DNA of 64,000 nucleotides, from positions 235,540,001 through 235,604,000 of the forward strand of contig CM097885.1 in the NCBI GenBank assembly GCA_044892525.1, written 5' to 3'. How positions within the stretch are numbered: position 1 is the stretch's first letter; each line of letters begins with the position of its first letter. The stretch is from Schmidtea polychroa (taxonomy: Eukaryota). Below are positions 12,516 to 27,453 of the stretch, piece by piece. The notes beneath the pieces were generated by a model, which was not told the DNA's origin, made no database searches, and saw only the letters and a program-made list of their open reading frames with translations. Both the position numbers and the translations under genes were made by a program.

Positions 12516-12617
12516 TTTATCAATTTGGTTGATTTGATTAAAAACTATTATATAAATAACATTCCTAGTTATACATGTACGTTAAAATTTCCTTTTACAT
12601 CAGTTTTATACAAATAA
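12516..12617 (+). other. Tandem duplicate of the last ~33 codons of the SH2 domain, downstream of copy 1
   Basis: Reads FINLVDLIKNYYINNIPSYTCTLKFPFTSVLYK*; an equivalent copy lies at 16557-16658. Confidence 0.9.
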
Positions 12618-13242
12618 AATATGTATAAATTCGATGATAAATTTTTTTTTTAATGGTAATTAGGTATTTTACTTGATCATTCGAATAAATATTTGCATTC
12701 CGGGTTGAATAGTGGTGAGCATAAATAAAAGGTGATTATAAAACCTTTTGGAATAACCTGCTGAGGTCTCAAAAAAATTTGAGATTCCCAACGTTACACT
12801 GGTAACTATATAGGTCTTTCAAATATAAAACAAAGTCGAGTTATTAAAATATATATTTGAAAACGAAATGTTTACCAATTAAATACAATTTTCTTCAAAA
12901 TTTTGATTCCACTGAAAAAGAATTGTGCTAGTTGTGTACGTGTTAAATGTTATATAAGCGTCTTGTGTTGCATGGTACTGTTCAACGTTTTTTGCCGTGT
13001 CTCTTTCTATATTAAAAACAAATAAGGATTTTCCTTTTTACATTACTGTAGAAGTGGTAAGATTTTTGGGCGAAAAATAATGGTGTTTTGGACGCTATTT
13101 GTATTATATTTGTGTTGCTCTTGGTATTGAAATGAAATTGATATATTTTATAAGTGTATTTATCAAATAAAATGTGTTTATTATTATTATATGCTTGAAG
13201 GATTTAAAAGAATTATTATTATTATTCACTTTGAGTGGCCTT

Positions 13243-13406
<164 letters not shown>

Positions 13407-13918
13407 GCCATTGTAAAATCTATCATCCATCTCGAGTGTCCTTATGATTGTACTAGTTCACGACTATCGAAAGCCAGATGTTTTTTGTTTTTTTTAATTA
13501 ACTATCGACATTTTGTTAAAACTAATTTTTGTAAAATATATATTAAATTTGTACATAAGATCCAATAAATAAAAAAATAAATAACCCAATAAAAATAAAT
13601 AACCCACAACATAAGTTATAAAAAAGTTAAATCACTATGAAAAACCAGTTAATTGTTCATCACGATCATAAATTGTGTACAAATTAAATCAATATAGATT
13701 AATTGTTTATTACAATAATTGTTGCTGAACTTGGATTGGGTTGATTGATTATTTTGCTTCTGCCATCTTTTCCTTCATCTGTTTTCTGCGTATATATTTA
13801 CGCGATGTTTGTCAGCTCCTGTTCGATAATATTTCGTTAGCTCGAAGTTTTCGATGACTCTTCCTCTATCATCGAACAAACCTTTTGGATTAACCTTTTG
13901 GAATGCACATGATTTTAC

Positions 13919-14372
<454 letters not shown>

Positions 14373-14380
14373 GATTTTAC

Positions 14381-14901
14381 AGTGTCATTAAAAATTTTGT
14401 TATCATTTTGAATTGGAAATTTTGCACATTGAAATTTATGAATAGAGAAATTTAATTATTTAAATAAGTAAATTTAGGAAATAGTAATTTTTGGTAAATT
14501 TTTTAACTTTATGGAAAAATTTGAAACTCCAATATTTAACAGATAAGATACCTCAAATCTTACTAAATCCTCTGACGGATAACAAATTTACCCCTTATTC
14601 ACCTCTAGCAGAAACACTGCTATTCAGGTGATAAAATTCACTTAACGTCCTATTGAAAAATTTTATTATTAACGATCTAGCTTTTAAATTATTTCAAAAC
14701 TGTCACCTTTAACTATTTGAATAACTCATTGAAGAAGAAAATATTTTTTAAAGAAAAGATGTGTTAAGAAACATCAATTTTCCAAAAGGTAAAATCACCT
14801 TAGTTGTGCTCACCACTATTCAACCCAGAAGGCAAACATTTATTCGAATGATCAAGTAAAATACCTAATTACCATTAAAAAATAAAATTTATCATCGAAT
14901 T
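14381..14901 (+). repeat. Left arm of the long inverted repeat around PH-SH2 copy 2
   Basis: Reverse complement of 16669-17136 continued at 30328-30450. Confidence 0.9.
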
Positions 14902-15065
14902 ACTAAAACTTCTATCTTTTTGTTTATTAAATGATTAAAATTATCATTGATTTTTATGTAATGTTTAATGGACCGTGACGCGTACGCAAATGACGCAAAT
15001 GACGCTCATTATGTTCCGATAAAATAAACTAATTTTGAAATCACTAGCATTATAATATTGTTTAA

Positions 15066-16406
15066 ATGAGCATTATCTTAAAGGAACCAGTTCAAAATTT
15101 ATTAAGAAAACCAAACATAACGTTTTCGGGAATTCTGGAGAAAGAAATGTCAAATCATGGATGGGTAAATTGTTATGTAATAATATTGGAAGGAAATATT
15201 TATATTTATAAAAATATTTCTGCTCAAAGTCCAAAATCAACGAATGCGCTCTCAGCATTCAATACGTTTCACATTGTCACAAAAAGAAAAAAGCCTCCAT
15301 TATGGGTTTTTATTTTACAACCAATTGACAATAAGGTTGCTCAATTGAAGTTTGGATCTCCATCGGAACAGGAAATGTTGTATACCATTGACAAATTTAA
15401 AGAAGGTATGCTGTATTCTAATAATAGACTTCCGGAATCAAATATGAACTCCACAAATCCAGCTCCACCATATCCAATTCTTAGTAATCCTTTTCCGACT
15501 CCAATTGTTAGTACACCAAATGAAATTTTAATGGGCAATGGCAGAGAACCAAGAAATGACAACAATTTGACGACAAATGTCACAAATCAAGTATTTATTC
15601 CACCATATCCGATTCTTAGTACTCCTTTTCCGACTCCAATTGTTAGTACACCAAATGAAATTTTAATGGACAATTGCAGAGAAACTAGAAATGAAATTAT
15701 TTTAACGAAAAACTTCACAAATCCAGCTCCACCATATCCGATTCTTAGTACTCCTTTTCCGACTCCAATTGTTAGTACACCAAATGAAATTTTAATGGAC
15801 AATGGCAGAGAACCAAGAAATGACAACATTTTGACGAAGGATTTTACAAATCAAGAAATTGTTCCACCATATCCATCTGTTTCTCTTCCTCCTTTAGAAT
15901 TCAGAGGTAATTTACCACAAATCCCAACTGATAGTAGGTCAAATGACATTTTAATAGACAATTGCAGAGAAACAAGAAAAGAAATGGTTTTGACAAATAA
16001 TTTAAGAAATTCTAATAATTTCCAATCATATCCGAACGCCATTTCAGATGGCAGAAAGGATTTACCACCATTTCCAAGCGATAGGCAATCAGAAGAAATT
16101 TCTGCAGAAGATTTTATATTCAAAGGAACAAGAGATGAAGCTTCCGCTGTAATGGCGAAAATTCACCGAATTGGCGCGTATTTAATTCGCATCGAAGGGG
16201 ATAGACAAGTTCTAACAGTTCAAACCGAAAGGGGAATTGTGAAATATGTCCTCACCAAAAATCCATATACAAGGCGAATCTCTATTGATGGAGAACGAAA
16301 TGAGTTTTACAATTTGACTGATTTAGTGAAAAGCTATTCTATAAATAACATTCCTAATTATACATGTACGTTAAAATTTCCATTTAAATCAGTTTTATAC
16401 AAGTGA
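15066..16406 (+). CDS. SH3BP2-like: Intronless PH - Pro-rich repeats - SH2 adaptor, SH3BP2/3BP2-like, copy 2 (446 aa)
   Basis: Close paralogue of 11025-12365; three near-perfect 43-45 aa linker repeats PPYPILSxPFPTPIVSTPNEILM. Confidence 0.8.
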   Translation: MSIILKEPVQNLLRKPNITFSGILEKEMSNHGWVNCYVIILEGNIYIYKNISAQSPKSTNALSAFNTFHIVTKRKKPPLWVFILQPIDNKVAQLKFGSPSEQEMLYTIDKFKEGMLYSNNRLPESNMNSTNPAPPYPILSNPFPTPIVSTPNEILMGNGREPRNDNNLTTNVTNQVFIPPYPILSTPFPTPIVSTPNEILMDNCRETRNEIILTKNFTNPAPPYPILSTPFPTPIVSTPNEILMDNGREPRNDNILTKDFTNQEIVPPYPSVSLPPLEFRGNLPQIPTDSRSNDILIDNCRETRKEMVLTNNLRNSNNFQSYPNAISDGRKDLPPFPSDRQSEEISAEDFIFKGTRDEASAVMAKIHRIGAYLIRIEGDRQVLTVQTERGIVKYVLTKNPYTRRISIDGERNEFYNLTDLVKSYSINNIPNYTCTLKFPFKSVLYK

Positions 16407-16668
16407 CAAACGTTTGTTTAAAAATTACTTTACAATTTAAAGTTGTTTATTTTTTGGTCACTTTTGTTCTGTTTATTTGTGATATTTCATTTATTTTCAT
16501 TCTGACAAAAATTGATATCTTTTTAATTATACTCAACACAAACTTTCAGCTTTACCTTTATCAACTTGATTGATTTGATTGAAAACTATTATATAAATAA
16601 CATTCCTAGTTATACATGTACGTTAAAATTTCCTTTTACATCAGTTTTATGCAAATAAAATATGTATA

Positions 16669-17136
16669 AATTCGATGATAAATTTTATTTTTTAATGGTA
16701 ATTAGGTATTTTACTTGATCATTCGAATAAATATTTGCATTCCGGGTTGAATAGTGGTGAGCACAACTATGGTGATTTTATAACCTTTTGGAATAACCCT
16801 TTGGAATTTCTATTGACAAATTGATGTTTCTTAACACATCTTTTCTTTAAAGAATATTTTCTTCTTCAATGAGTTATTCAAATAGTTAAAGGTGACAGTT
16901 TTGGAATAATTTAAAAGCTAGATCGTTAATAATAAAATTATTCAATAGGACGTTAAGTGAATTTTATCACCTGAATAGCAATATTTCTGCTAGAGGTGGA
17001 TAAGGGATAAATTTGTTATCCGTCAGAGGATTTAGTGGGATTTTGAGGGACCTTATCTGTTAAATATTGGAGTTTCAAATTTTTCCATTGAAATTTTAAT
17101 AAAAAATTTTTTCACCAAATTTTTATTAAATATCTT
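16669..17136 (-). repeat. Right arm of the long inverted repeat around PH-SH2 copy 2 (continues at 30328-30587 after the Polinton)
   Basis: Reverse complement of 14511-14901; a shorter piece follows copy 1 at 12628-12758. Confidence 0.9.
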
Positions 17137-17668
17137 AGTAGTATGATTGGGGCCATCCAGAACAGGGGCCCTCTGCGACACATATACCCCCTCCCCCCCC
17201 GGGAAAAAAATTTTTTTTTTTAAATAAAAGGTCAAGGTCAAGGTCATTTATTTTTTTTTTTAATTTAATTTTTTGTTTTAATTATGTGTCGCGGGGAGCT
17301 CCTACTTTTTTTCATCCCAAAAATTAATGTTCCCACCAACAGATTTTATTGAACGATACCTCATCTTAAAGCTCAGTCCAAGACCTTTCGAATGAGCTAT
17401 AGGTATCATATATATCTTTAACCGTTTTAATGTTATTAACATTTGATGACCACCATCTTTTCAACGTTAAATTATTATTATTTGTCAAAATATTATTAAG
17501 TGATCCAGCGGGCTCCTACTTTTTATCATCCCAAAGATTAATGTTCCCGCCAACATATTATATTGATCGATAGCTTATTTTAAAGCTCTGTGCAAGACCT
17601 TTCTAATGAGATATAGATTTCTATAATATGATGACTCATCACATTTTTAAAACAAAGACAATGACTCG

Positions 17669-17961
17669 TCATATTTTTAGAACGATGTCTAATATTTTTA
17701 GAACGATGCCTAATATTTTTAGAATGATTACGTCATATTTTTAGAACGATGTCTAATATTTTTAGAATGATTACGTCATATTTTTAGAACGATGCCTAAT
17801 ATTTTTAGAACGATGTCTAATATTTTTAGAATGATTACGTAATAATTTTAGAACGATGCCTAATATTTTTAGAACGATGCCTATTATTTTTAGAATGATT
17901 ACGTCATAATTTTAGAACGATGTCTAATATTTTTAGAACGATGCTTAATATTTTTAGAACT
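17669..17961 (+). repeat. 20-22 bp minisatellite (TAATATTTTTAGAACGATGCC / GAATGATTACGTCA units); longer mirror copy at 28621-29104
   Basis: Seen directly in the sequence. Confidence 0.9.
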
Positions 17962-18017
17962 AATAATTTTTGTTTTAATTATTGATTACATAATAATTTA
18001 ATTTGTTTAAATCGTTG

Positions 18018-18089
<72 letters not shown>

Positions 18090-18255
18090 ATTATAATTAT
18101 TAATATTATATACTCTTAATCTATCCGACAAAATATTCTGTCCCCCTATGGGTACTGCTCACAAATGTACTACTCACATTCAACAAGTCACAAGGGTACT
18201 GCTCACACTCAATATGTCGTAAATTATTATTATTATTATTTCAAATACAAGTTCA

Positions 18256-18361
<106 letters not shown>

Positions 18362-18723
18362 TATTATTACGCGCACGGGGAATATTATTATCATATATAC
18401 TCTTAATCTATCCGACAAAATATTCTATCCCTTTATGGGTATTGCTCATATGGGTAATGGTCAAAGGTGTACTACTCACATTCAACATGTCTCAAAGGGT
18501 ATAATATAATTATTATTAAATTCTGACCAACTTAAATCAATGAAGGGGTAGAACAAAAATATATTAAGTTGCGGTATTTTAAATTTAAAAATATTTTAAA
18601 AACTTATTTTGACACTAAAGTTTACTTAATTAACAAAGACATAATTATTGCACATGCTTTGCATAAATATTATTATTTTTTAAATTTTCAATATTTTCTT
18701 TTAAAGTATTAACACGCGCGGGA

Positions 18724-18789
<66 letters not shown>

Positions 18790-19305
18790 GTTAATGAAAA
18801 ATCTAAAATATGGTTTACACACACAACCCCTCAACCATTATTATTATTATCAATATTAAAAACCTAAAATATTTTCTACACACACACACATGCACAACTC
18901 ATTAACCATTATTATTATCATTATTAGTGAAAACCTAAAATATTTTTTACACACACACACAACCCATTAACCATTATTATTATTATTATCAATATTAAAA
19001 ACCTAAAATATTTTTACACACACACATACAACTCATTAAACTTATTATTATTATTATTATTATTGGAAATATTAGTCAAAAACCTAAAATATTATTTACA
19101 CTCACACAACCCATTAACAATTATTATTATCAATATTAGTGAAAACCTAAAATATTTTCTACACACACACACACACACAACCCATTAACCATTATTATTA
19201 TTGCAAATATTAGTCAAAAACATAAAAACACTCATAAACCATTATTATTATCAATATTCGTGAAAACCTCAAATATTTTTTACACACATATACAACCCAT
19301 TAAAC

Positions 19306-19330
<25 letters not shown>
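18790..19330 (+). repeat. ~60-bp compound minisatellite (AAAACCTAAAATATTTTT-(AC)n-AACCCATTAACC-(ATT)n); mirror copy at ~27440-27900
   Basis: Seen directly in the sequence. Confidence 0.85.
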
Positions 19331-19374
<44 letters not shown>

Positions 19375-22300
19375 ATTATTATTATTATTAGTGAAAAAAC
19401 CTTAAATAATTTTTACATACTAAGTTATGGGGTAGAGTATTATTATGTTTGCAGTATTCTGTGTTTGCCTTTACAGGAAGTTGTCAATAAGGAGCGATAA
19501 TTTTACACACACATTCTATATACACATACCTTGTTTAACATGGGTGTATATACTCCTAGTTTATCCGACAAAATATTCTGTCCCCCTATGGGTATTGCTC
19601 ACAAAGGTACTACTCACACTCAAAGGTTTTCGATTTTAAAGCATATTATGGTTTATTAAGGTTAGTAAATAAAACTTATCACACACACTTTTATATTTAA
19701 ATGATAAAAATCAAGACAAGAGAGGACAAGGCAAAGTTAATGCATTTAGTATTGCCAGGCCTAATGAGCAGTGACCAAATATCTGTGCCTAAAAGACACG
19801 GTGGATATTTGTTCGCGTCCACAAGGGTCGTCTGTGCCTCCCCCAAGTGGGGTCAGAAGAACCTGGGCATTATAGTTTTCTGTATGGAACATTACGCCTA
19901 GCATGGGTAGTCAACTACCAGCACATTCGAAACGTATAATTTCAAAATACATGCGTCATTGGCACTATAACCAAATTAATTAATGTTTTCACTAAAACAA
20001 ATATATATTTACAGAGGCCTCCCACTAGTTGGATTACAACCGCCCACCACGACGATCAGCTTGTAAATATATATTAATTAAGGGATAAAGAGGACCCACC
20101 CAACCCTATTATATTTAATTTACAAATTTTTCTCGCTCTTCTGCTGGTAATCTATCTCAAAATTATCATCTCTATCGGGCCATTTGGAATACATCTTGCA
20201 AATTGGACGTATTTCTTAGTTTCTGATGCGGCGTCCACTATCATTGCTAAAATTTATATTGATTTAAAAGCAATTAACTTACATTATCTAACATTTTATC
20301 GTCACAAATTAAATTCTGTCTGACTATTAGGCAACTGTTATTTGTGGTATACTTTTTCAATGTCATTTCCCACCATAAAACACAGATACCTAAATATAAT
20401 ATATATATATATATTTTAAAAGATTAATTCATGTCTTACATTAATAATAATATTCTTCAGGTAGTACTTTACAATATCTAATTGCTAAAACATCGGTTTT
20501 TTCCCATTTTTCTTGACATTCGTTGAAAGTTTACATAATTTAAGTAAACATTCATGTTGAAGGACACCCACAATCAGCTAATTCATTTAAGAAATCCCGA
20601 ACATAGCAATGTTTCACCATTTTGTCTGGTTCATCTTCTTCTATAATTCATGTTTTAATAAGAAATCTCTAAATCCAGAACATAAGTCATTTAGTGTTTC
20701 ACCATTTTGTTCATCTTCTTCATAATTATATAATTCATTTTCTTCATTACTAAGTAAAATAATTAAAATATTTTAGTAAATTCTTTATTTACTTACTTTA
20801 TGGATACTAAAACGAAAGAAATAACGTTATATCAGAATTATATTTAAATAATTTAAATTTAGTTATTTAAACATATTTAAACACTTTAGTTATTTAAGCA
20901 TATTTAAACATTAATATTATTATATAGTATAATTTTATATAATTTTATATAATATTATAATATTATAATATTATGTATTGTAAATTTAATATATCCTTAA
21001 TTTAATTTTTTAAATTCAAATATTTATAATGAAGATTCTTTGAATTAAAAAATATTCTGTTAGTATTTCCAGGCAGAAAACAACGAATTCAATAATTAAA
21101 ATCTTAATTTTCATGTTGTTAGGGTTGTGGCCAGAAGTTAATCGCCATCTAATCGTTTGTTCTCAATTTCGCTCATTTTTGTTCAAAACATTCAGGTGAG
21201 TTGTTATCTGGAAAGTTTCTTTGAGCTCAGTTTTGTTAAAACACTCACGGTATTTTTGAGGGACGTGTCACTGGAAATAAATTAACAATGGGTAGTCATA
21301 CATACATGTTGTTGGTTTGAACTGTTGATTTATTTTAGAAATATGTATATTAAAAACATTTAAGGTATCATTCAGTAAAATAATATAGTATTTTTGAGTA
21401 TTTTTAGTTAATTTATAAATAACAGTATTTTGATATATCAATAAAGACCATATACACCGAGTTTATCCGACAAAATATTCTGTCCCCCTATGGATATTGC
21501 TAGCAAGGGTACTGGTCACACTCAACAAGACGCAATATTAATCATTTAGAAATTCTTAGGTAATTTAGTGAGATGATCGTGAATATTTTAAATGTAACTT
21601 TACACTTATGTCGAGCGACTAATTTATTGGTTAACTTTTTAGACATTTAAAGCAAAAGGTAATTTATTCATCTAATGTTCGTTACAATAGATAATAATGA
21701 GAAAAACATGGTCATTATTCATTGATAATTTTAAATTCTTTATCATTTGGAGTAAATTTGTTTGAGGCAAAAATAATTAAAGGAGTCATAATAGAAATAT
21801 GGTTATCATTTAACCAAATAAGGTGCTTATTAGTTAAAAATATATATTATAAAGTAACAATTCTTTTCTAATTTAATTAGATGATCATTAGACGTAATAT
21901 ATCTTTGCGAGAAATTTAAGATGTTTGAGTAACCAAAACATTGATATTTTGGATCATCAATTTATGAATAGTGCTTAATTTTCTCATTTTTAGTGATTTA
22001 AAATAATATTTAGCAAAGGTAATTTGGCAAAATATCACTTATCCATCCGATAACAATATTCCTTCAATAGATTAACTGATATTCAACCGATTTAATTTCT
22101 AATTAAAATCATAAAATTCCTTCAATAAAGATCAATTTTCTTTAACCGTTGTCGATTTCCAACTTTTAAGTCAATATTTCTCAAGTTTTGTCACTGATGT
22201 CCCCACAATGAATAAAATAACTTCTTAAGTAAAATAATTTAAAGCAATAACCTTTGATATCAATCCCAATTAATTCTAAAGATTTCAAATATTTCATTGT

Positions 22301-25300
22301 GAAAACCAAGTAAATTGATCATTAACCCTAAACGACTTAATAAAACAGTGGATAATTAATATAAAACTGGTTCTAAAACATAAATCTAAATTACTGTGCA
22401 ATAACATTCATCACAACCTAATAAACCTCTAAAACGATATAAGTTCACTGGAATTATTCATGTAGTAAGAGCCCATTAAAAAAATCAAAATTCACTAAAA
22501 TCAATATTTTCTACAAATATTTCACCACATTTACCATCAAATACCTAACTAGAAATGAAATATATTGATTGATCATAATTCTTCATCGATTCAGCTAATT
22601 ATATAGCAATTATAACGTGATATATCTTTCAAAATCACAAATTTCAGTATATTTTACAATAATTTTTACAAAAATTAAATAATAATAACTTGATTATTGT
22701 AAAAACTCTAATTATTAACCTAACTGTCATTAAAAATATTATTATTTAAAAGTAAATTTAAAAACAAGTCAATAAAATATAGCAAATTATCAAGAAATTA
22801 ATTAAATTTGTCTTAGAATTAACACTAAAACGTTAAATTTCAAAATATTCTTTCAATTATTCACAAAAAGGTTAGTAATAATGTTAGTAAAATCCCGCTA
22901 ACTCTAAAAATTACCAACGAATTTAATGCTAAATAATAACCAAAAATTTGCCTAAATAAAACACACCAGTACCTTTACGACCAGTACCCTTACGAGCAGT
23001 ACCAATTGTGAGCAGTACCCATAGAGGGAGAAAATATCTTGTCGGATAAACTCAGAGTATATATAATAAAACGAATTAACAATAACTCCATCAAATTGAA
23101 TCCGTCAAATTAACACAAATTTTGATAAAAAATCTTATTCTAAAATGGTAAGAAGCGTAAAGTCGAAAGATAATTTTAATAACACCGAGATAAATTAACA
23201 ATATTATTCTCAGGTGGTAAGAATCTTCATTAAAGTTAAGAAATTATTTATTATTCTGTGATAAATTAATAATAAAATTAAAATTAAAATTATCTTATTA
23301 AAATTATCTTTCGACTTTACGCTTCTTACCATTTTAGAATAAGATTTTTTATCAAAATTTGTGTTAATTTGACTGATTCAATTTGATGGAGTTATTGTTA
23401 ATTCGTTTTATTATATATACTCTGAGTTTATCCGACAAGATATTTTCTCCCTCTATGGGTACTGCTCACAATTGGTACTGCTCGTAAGGGTACTGGTCGT
23501 AAAGGTACTGGTGTGTTTTATTTAGGCAAATTTTTGGTTATTATTTAGCATTAAATTCGTTGGTAATTTTTAGAGTTAGCGGGATTTTACTAACATTATT
23601 ACTAACCTTTTTGTGAATAATTGAAAGAATATTTTGAAATTTAACGTTTTAGTGTTAATTCTAAGACAAATTTAATTAATTTCTTGATAATTTGCTATAT
23701 TTTATTGACTTGTTTTTAAATTTACTTTTAAATAATAATATTTTTAATGACAGTTAGGTTAATAATTAGAGTTTTTACAATAATCAAGTTATTATTATTT
23801 AATTTTTGTAAAAATTATTGTAAAATATACTGAAATTTGTGATTTTGAAAGATATATCACGTTATAATTGCTATATAATTAGCTGAATCGATGAAGAATT
23901 ATGATCAATCAATATATTTCATTTCTAGTTAGGTATTTGATGGTAAATGTGGTGAAATATTTGTAGAAAATATTGATTTTAGTGAATTTTGATTTTTTTA
24001 ATGGGCTCTTACTACATGAATTTAGATACTAAATTATTTCAATGGACGGATGTCTGTAACAAATAAATAAAATTCATATTTTGAAGAATTTTCTATGGAT
24101 TTTAAGAGAATTGATATATTAAAGGTCTGATATATTAAAGTCGGTTGGTTAAGATGGTAATATACGATTTTTAAGGTGTTTAAAATGATAGAAATATTTG
24201 GTGAGGGATCGGTTAAGGTGGAAATGTTTGAAATCTCTATTTAAATCGACAATGTTCTTATTGGTAAAATTTTAAAGGGAAATAGTCAGTATTTAGCTAT
24301 GAATTAATAATAATTCCAGTGAACTTATATCGTTTTAGAGGTTTATTAGGTTGTGATGAATGTTATTGCACAGTAATTTAGATTTATGTTTTAGAACCAG
24401 TTTTATATTAATTATCCACTGTTTTATTAAGTCGTTTAGGGTTAATGATCAATTTACTTGGTTTTCACAATGAAATATTTGAAATCTTTAGAATTAATTG
24501 GGATTGATATCAAAGGTTATTGCTTTAAATTATTTTACTTAAGAAGTTATTTTATTCATTGTGGGGACATCAGTGACAAAACTTGAGAAATATTGACTTA
24601 AAAGTTGGAAATCGACAACGGTTAAAGAAAATTGATCTTTATTGAAGGAATTTTATGATTTTAATTAGAAATTAAATCGGTTGAATATCAGTTAATCTAT
24701 TGAAGGAATATTGTTATCGGATGGATAAGTGATATTTTGCCAAATTACCTTTGCTAAATATTATTTTAAATCACTAAAAATGAGAAAATTAAGCACTATT
24801 CATAAATTGATGATCCAAAATATCAATGTTTTGGTTACTCAAACATCTTAAATTTCTCGCAAAGATATATTACGTCTAATGATCATCTAATTAAATTAGA
24901 AAAGAATTGTTACTTTATAATATATATTTTTAACTAATAAGCACCTTATTTGGTTAAATGATAACCATATTTCTATTATGACTCCTTTAATTATTTTTGC
25001 CTCAAACAAATTTACTCCAAATGATAAAGAATTTAAAATTATCAATGAATAATGACCATGTTTTTCTCATTATTATCTATTGTAACGAACATTAGATGAA
25101 TAAATTACCTTTTGCTTTAAATGTCTAAAAAGTTAACCAATAAATTAGTCGCTCGACATAAGTGTAAAGTTACATTTAAAATATTCACGATCATCTCACT
25201 AAATTACCTAAGAATTTCTAAATGATTAATATTGCGTCTTGTTGAGTGTGACCAGTACCCTTGCTAGCAATATCCATAGGGGGACAGAATATTTTGTCGG

Positions 25301-27396
25301 ATAAACTCGGTGTATATGGTCTTTATTGATATATCAAAATACTGTTATTTATAAATTAACTAAAAATACTCAAAAATACTATATTATTTTACTGAATGAT
25401 ACCTTAAATGTTTTTAATATACATATTTCTAAAATAAATCAACAGTTCAAACCAACAACATGTATGTATGACTACCCATTGTTAATTTATTTCCAGTGAC
25501 ACGTCCCTCAAAAATACCGTGAGTGTTTTAACAAAACTGAGCTCAAAGAAACTTTCCAGATAACAACTCACCTGAATGTTTTGAACAAAAATGAGCGAAA
25601 TTGAGAACAAACGATTAGATGGCGATTAACTTCTGGCCACAACCCTAACAACATGAAAATTAAGATTTTAATTATTGAATTCGTTGTTTTCTGCCTGGAA
25701 ATACTAACAGAATATTTTTTAATTCAAAGAATCTTCATTATAAATATTTGAATTTAAAAAATTAAATTAAGGATATATTAAATTTACAATACATAATATT
25801 ATAATATTATAATATTATATAAAATTATATAAAATTATACTATATAATAATATTAATGTTTAAATATGCTTAAATAACTAAAGTGTTTAAATATGTTTAA
25901 ATAACTAAATTTAAATTATTTAAATATAATTCTGATATAACGTTATTTCTTTCGTTTTAGTATCCATAAAGTAAGTAAATAAAGAATTTACTAAAATATT
26001 TTAATTATTTTACTTAGTAATGAAGAAAATGAATTATATAATTATGAAGAAGATGAACAAAATGGTGAAACACTAAATGACTTATGTTCTGGATTTAGAG
26101 ATTTCTTATTAAAACATGAATTATAGAAGAAGATGAACCAGACAAAATGGTGAAACATTGCTATGTTCGGGATTTCTTAAATGAATTAGCTGATTGTGGG
26201 TGTCCTTCAACATGAATGTTTACTTAAATTATGTAAACTTTCAACGAATGTCAAGAAAAATGGGAAAAAACCGATGTTTTAGCAATTAGATATTGTAAAG
26301 TACTACCTGAAGAATATTATTATTAATGTAAGACATGAATTAATCTTTTAAAATATATATATATATATATATTATATTTAGGTATCTGTGTTTTATGGTG
26401 GGAAATGACATTGAAAAAGTATACCACAAATAACAGTTGCCTAATAGTCAGACAGAATTTAATTTGTGACGATAAAATGTTAGATAATGTAAGTTAATTG
26501 CTTTTAAATCAATATAAATTTTAGCAATGATAGTGGACGCCGCATCAGAAACTAAGAAATACGTCCAATTTGCAAGATGTATTCCAAATGGCCCGATAGA
26601 GATGATAATTTTGAGATAGATTACCAGCAGAAGAGCGAGAAAAATTTGTAAATTAAATATAATAGGGTTGGGTGGGTCCTCTTTATCCCTTAATTAATAT
26701 ATATTTACAAGCTGATCGTCGTGGTGGGCGGTTGTAATCCAACTAGTGGGAGGCCTCTGTAAATATATATTTGTGTTAGTGAAAACATTAATTAATTTGG
26801 TTATAGTGCCAATGACGCATGTATTTTGAAATTATACGTTTCGAATGTGCTGGTAGTTGACTACCCATGCTAGGCGTAATGTTCCATACAGAAAACTATA
26901 ATGCCCAGGTTCTTCTGACCCCACTTGGGGGAGGCACAGACGACCCTTGTGGACGCGAACAAATATCCACCGTGTCTTTCAGGCACAGATATTTGGTCAC
27001 TGCTCATTAGGCCTGGCAATACTAAATGCATTAACTTTGCCTTGTCCTCTCTTGTCTTGATTTTTATCATTTAAATATAAAAGTGTGTGTGATAAGTTTT
27101 ATTTACTAACCTTAATAAACCATAATATGCTTTAAAATCGAAAACCTTTGAGTGTGAGTAGTACCTTTGTGAGCAATACCCATAGGGGGACAGAAGATTT
27201 TGTCGGATAAACTAGGAGTATATACACCCATGTTAAACAAGGTATGTGTATATAGAATGTGTGTGTAAAATTATCGCTCCTTATTGACAACTTCCTGTAA
27301 AGGCAAACACAGAATACTGCAAACATAATAATACTCTACCCCATAACTTAGTATGTAAAAATTATTTAAGGTTTTTTCACTAATAATAATAATAAT

Positions 27397-27453
<57 letters not shown>

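Noticed and set aside
17669..17961. CRISPR-like short repeats
   Set aside because: Contiguous minisatellite without unique spacers
19445..19901. Small ORFs duplicated at 26870-27326
   Set aside because: The duplication is just the palindrome; no recognisable domains
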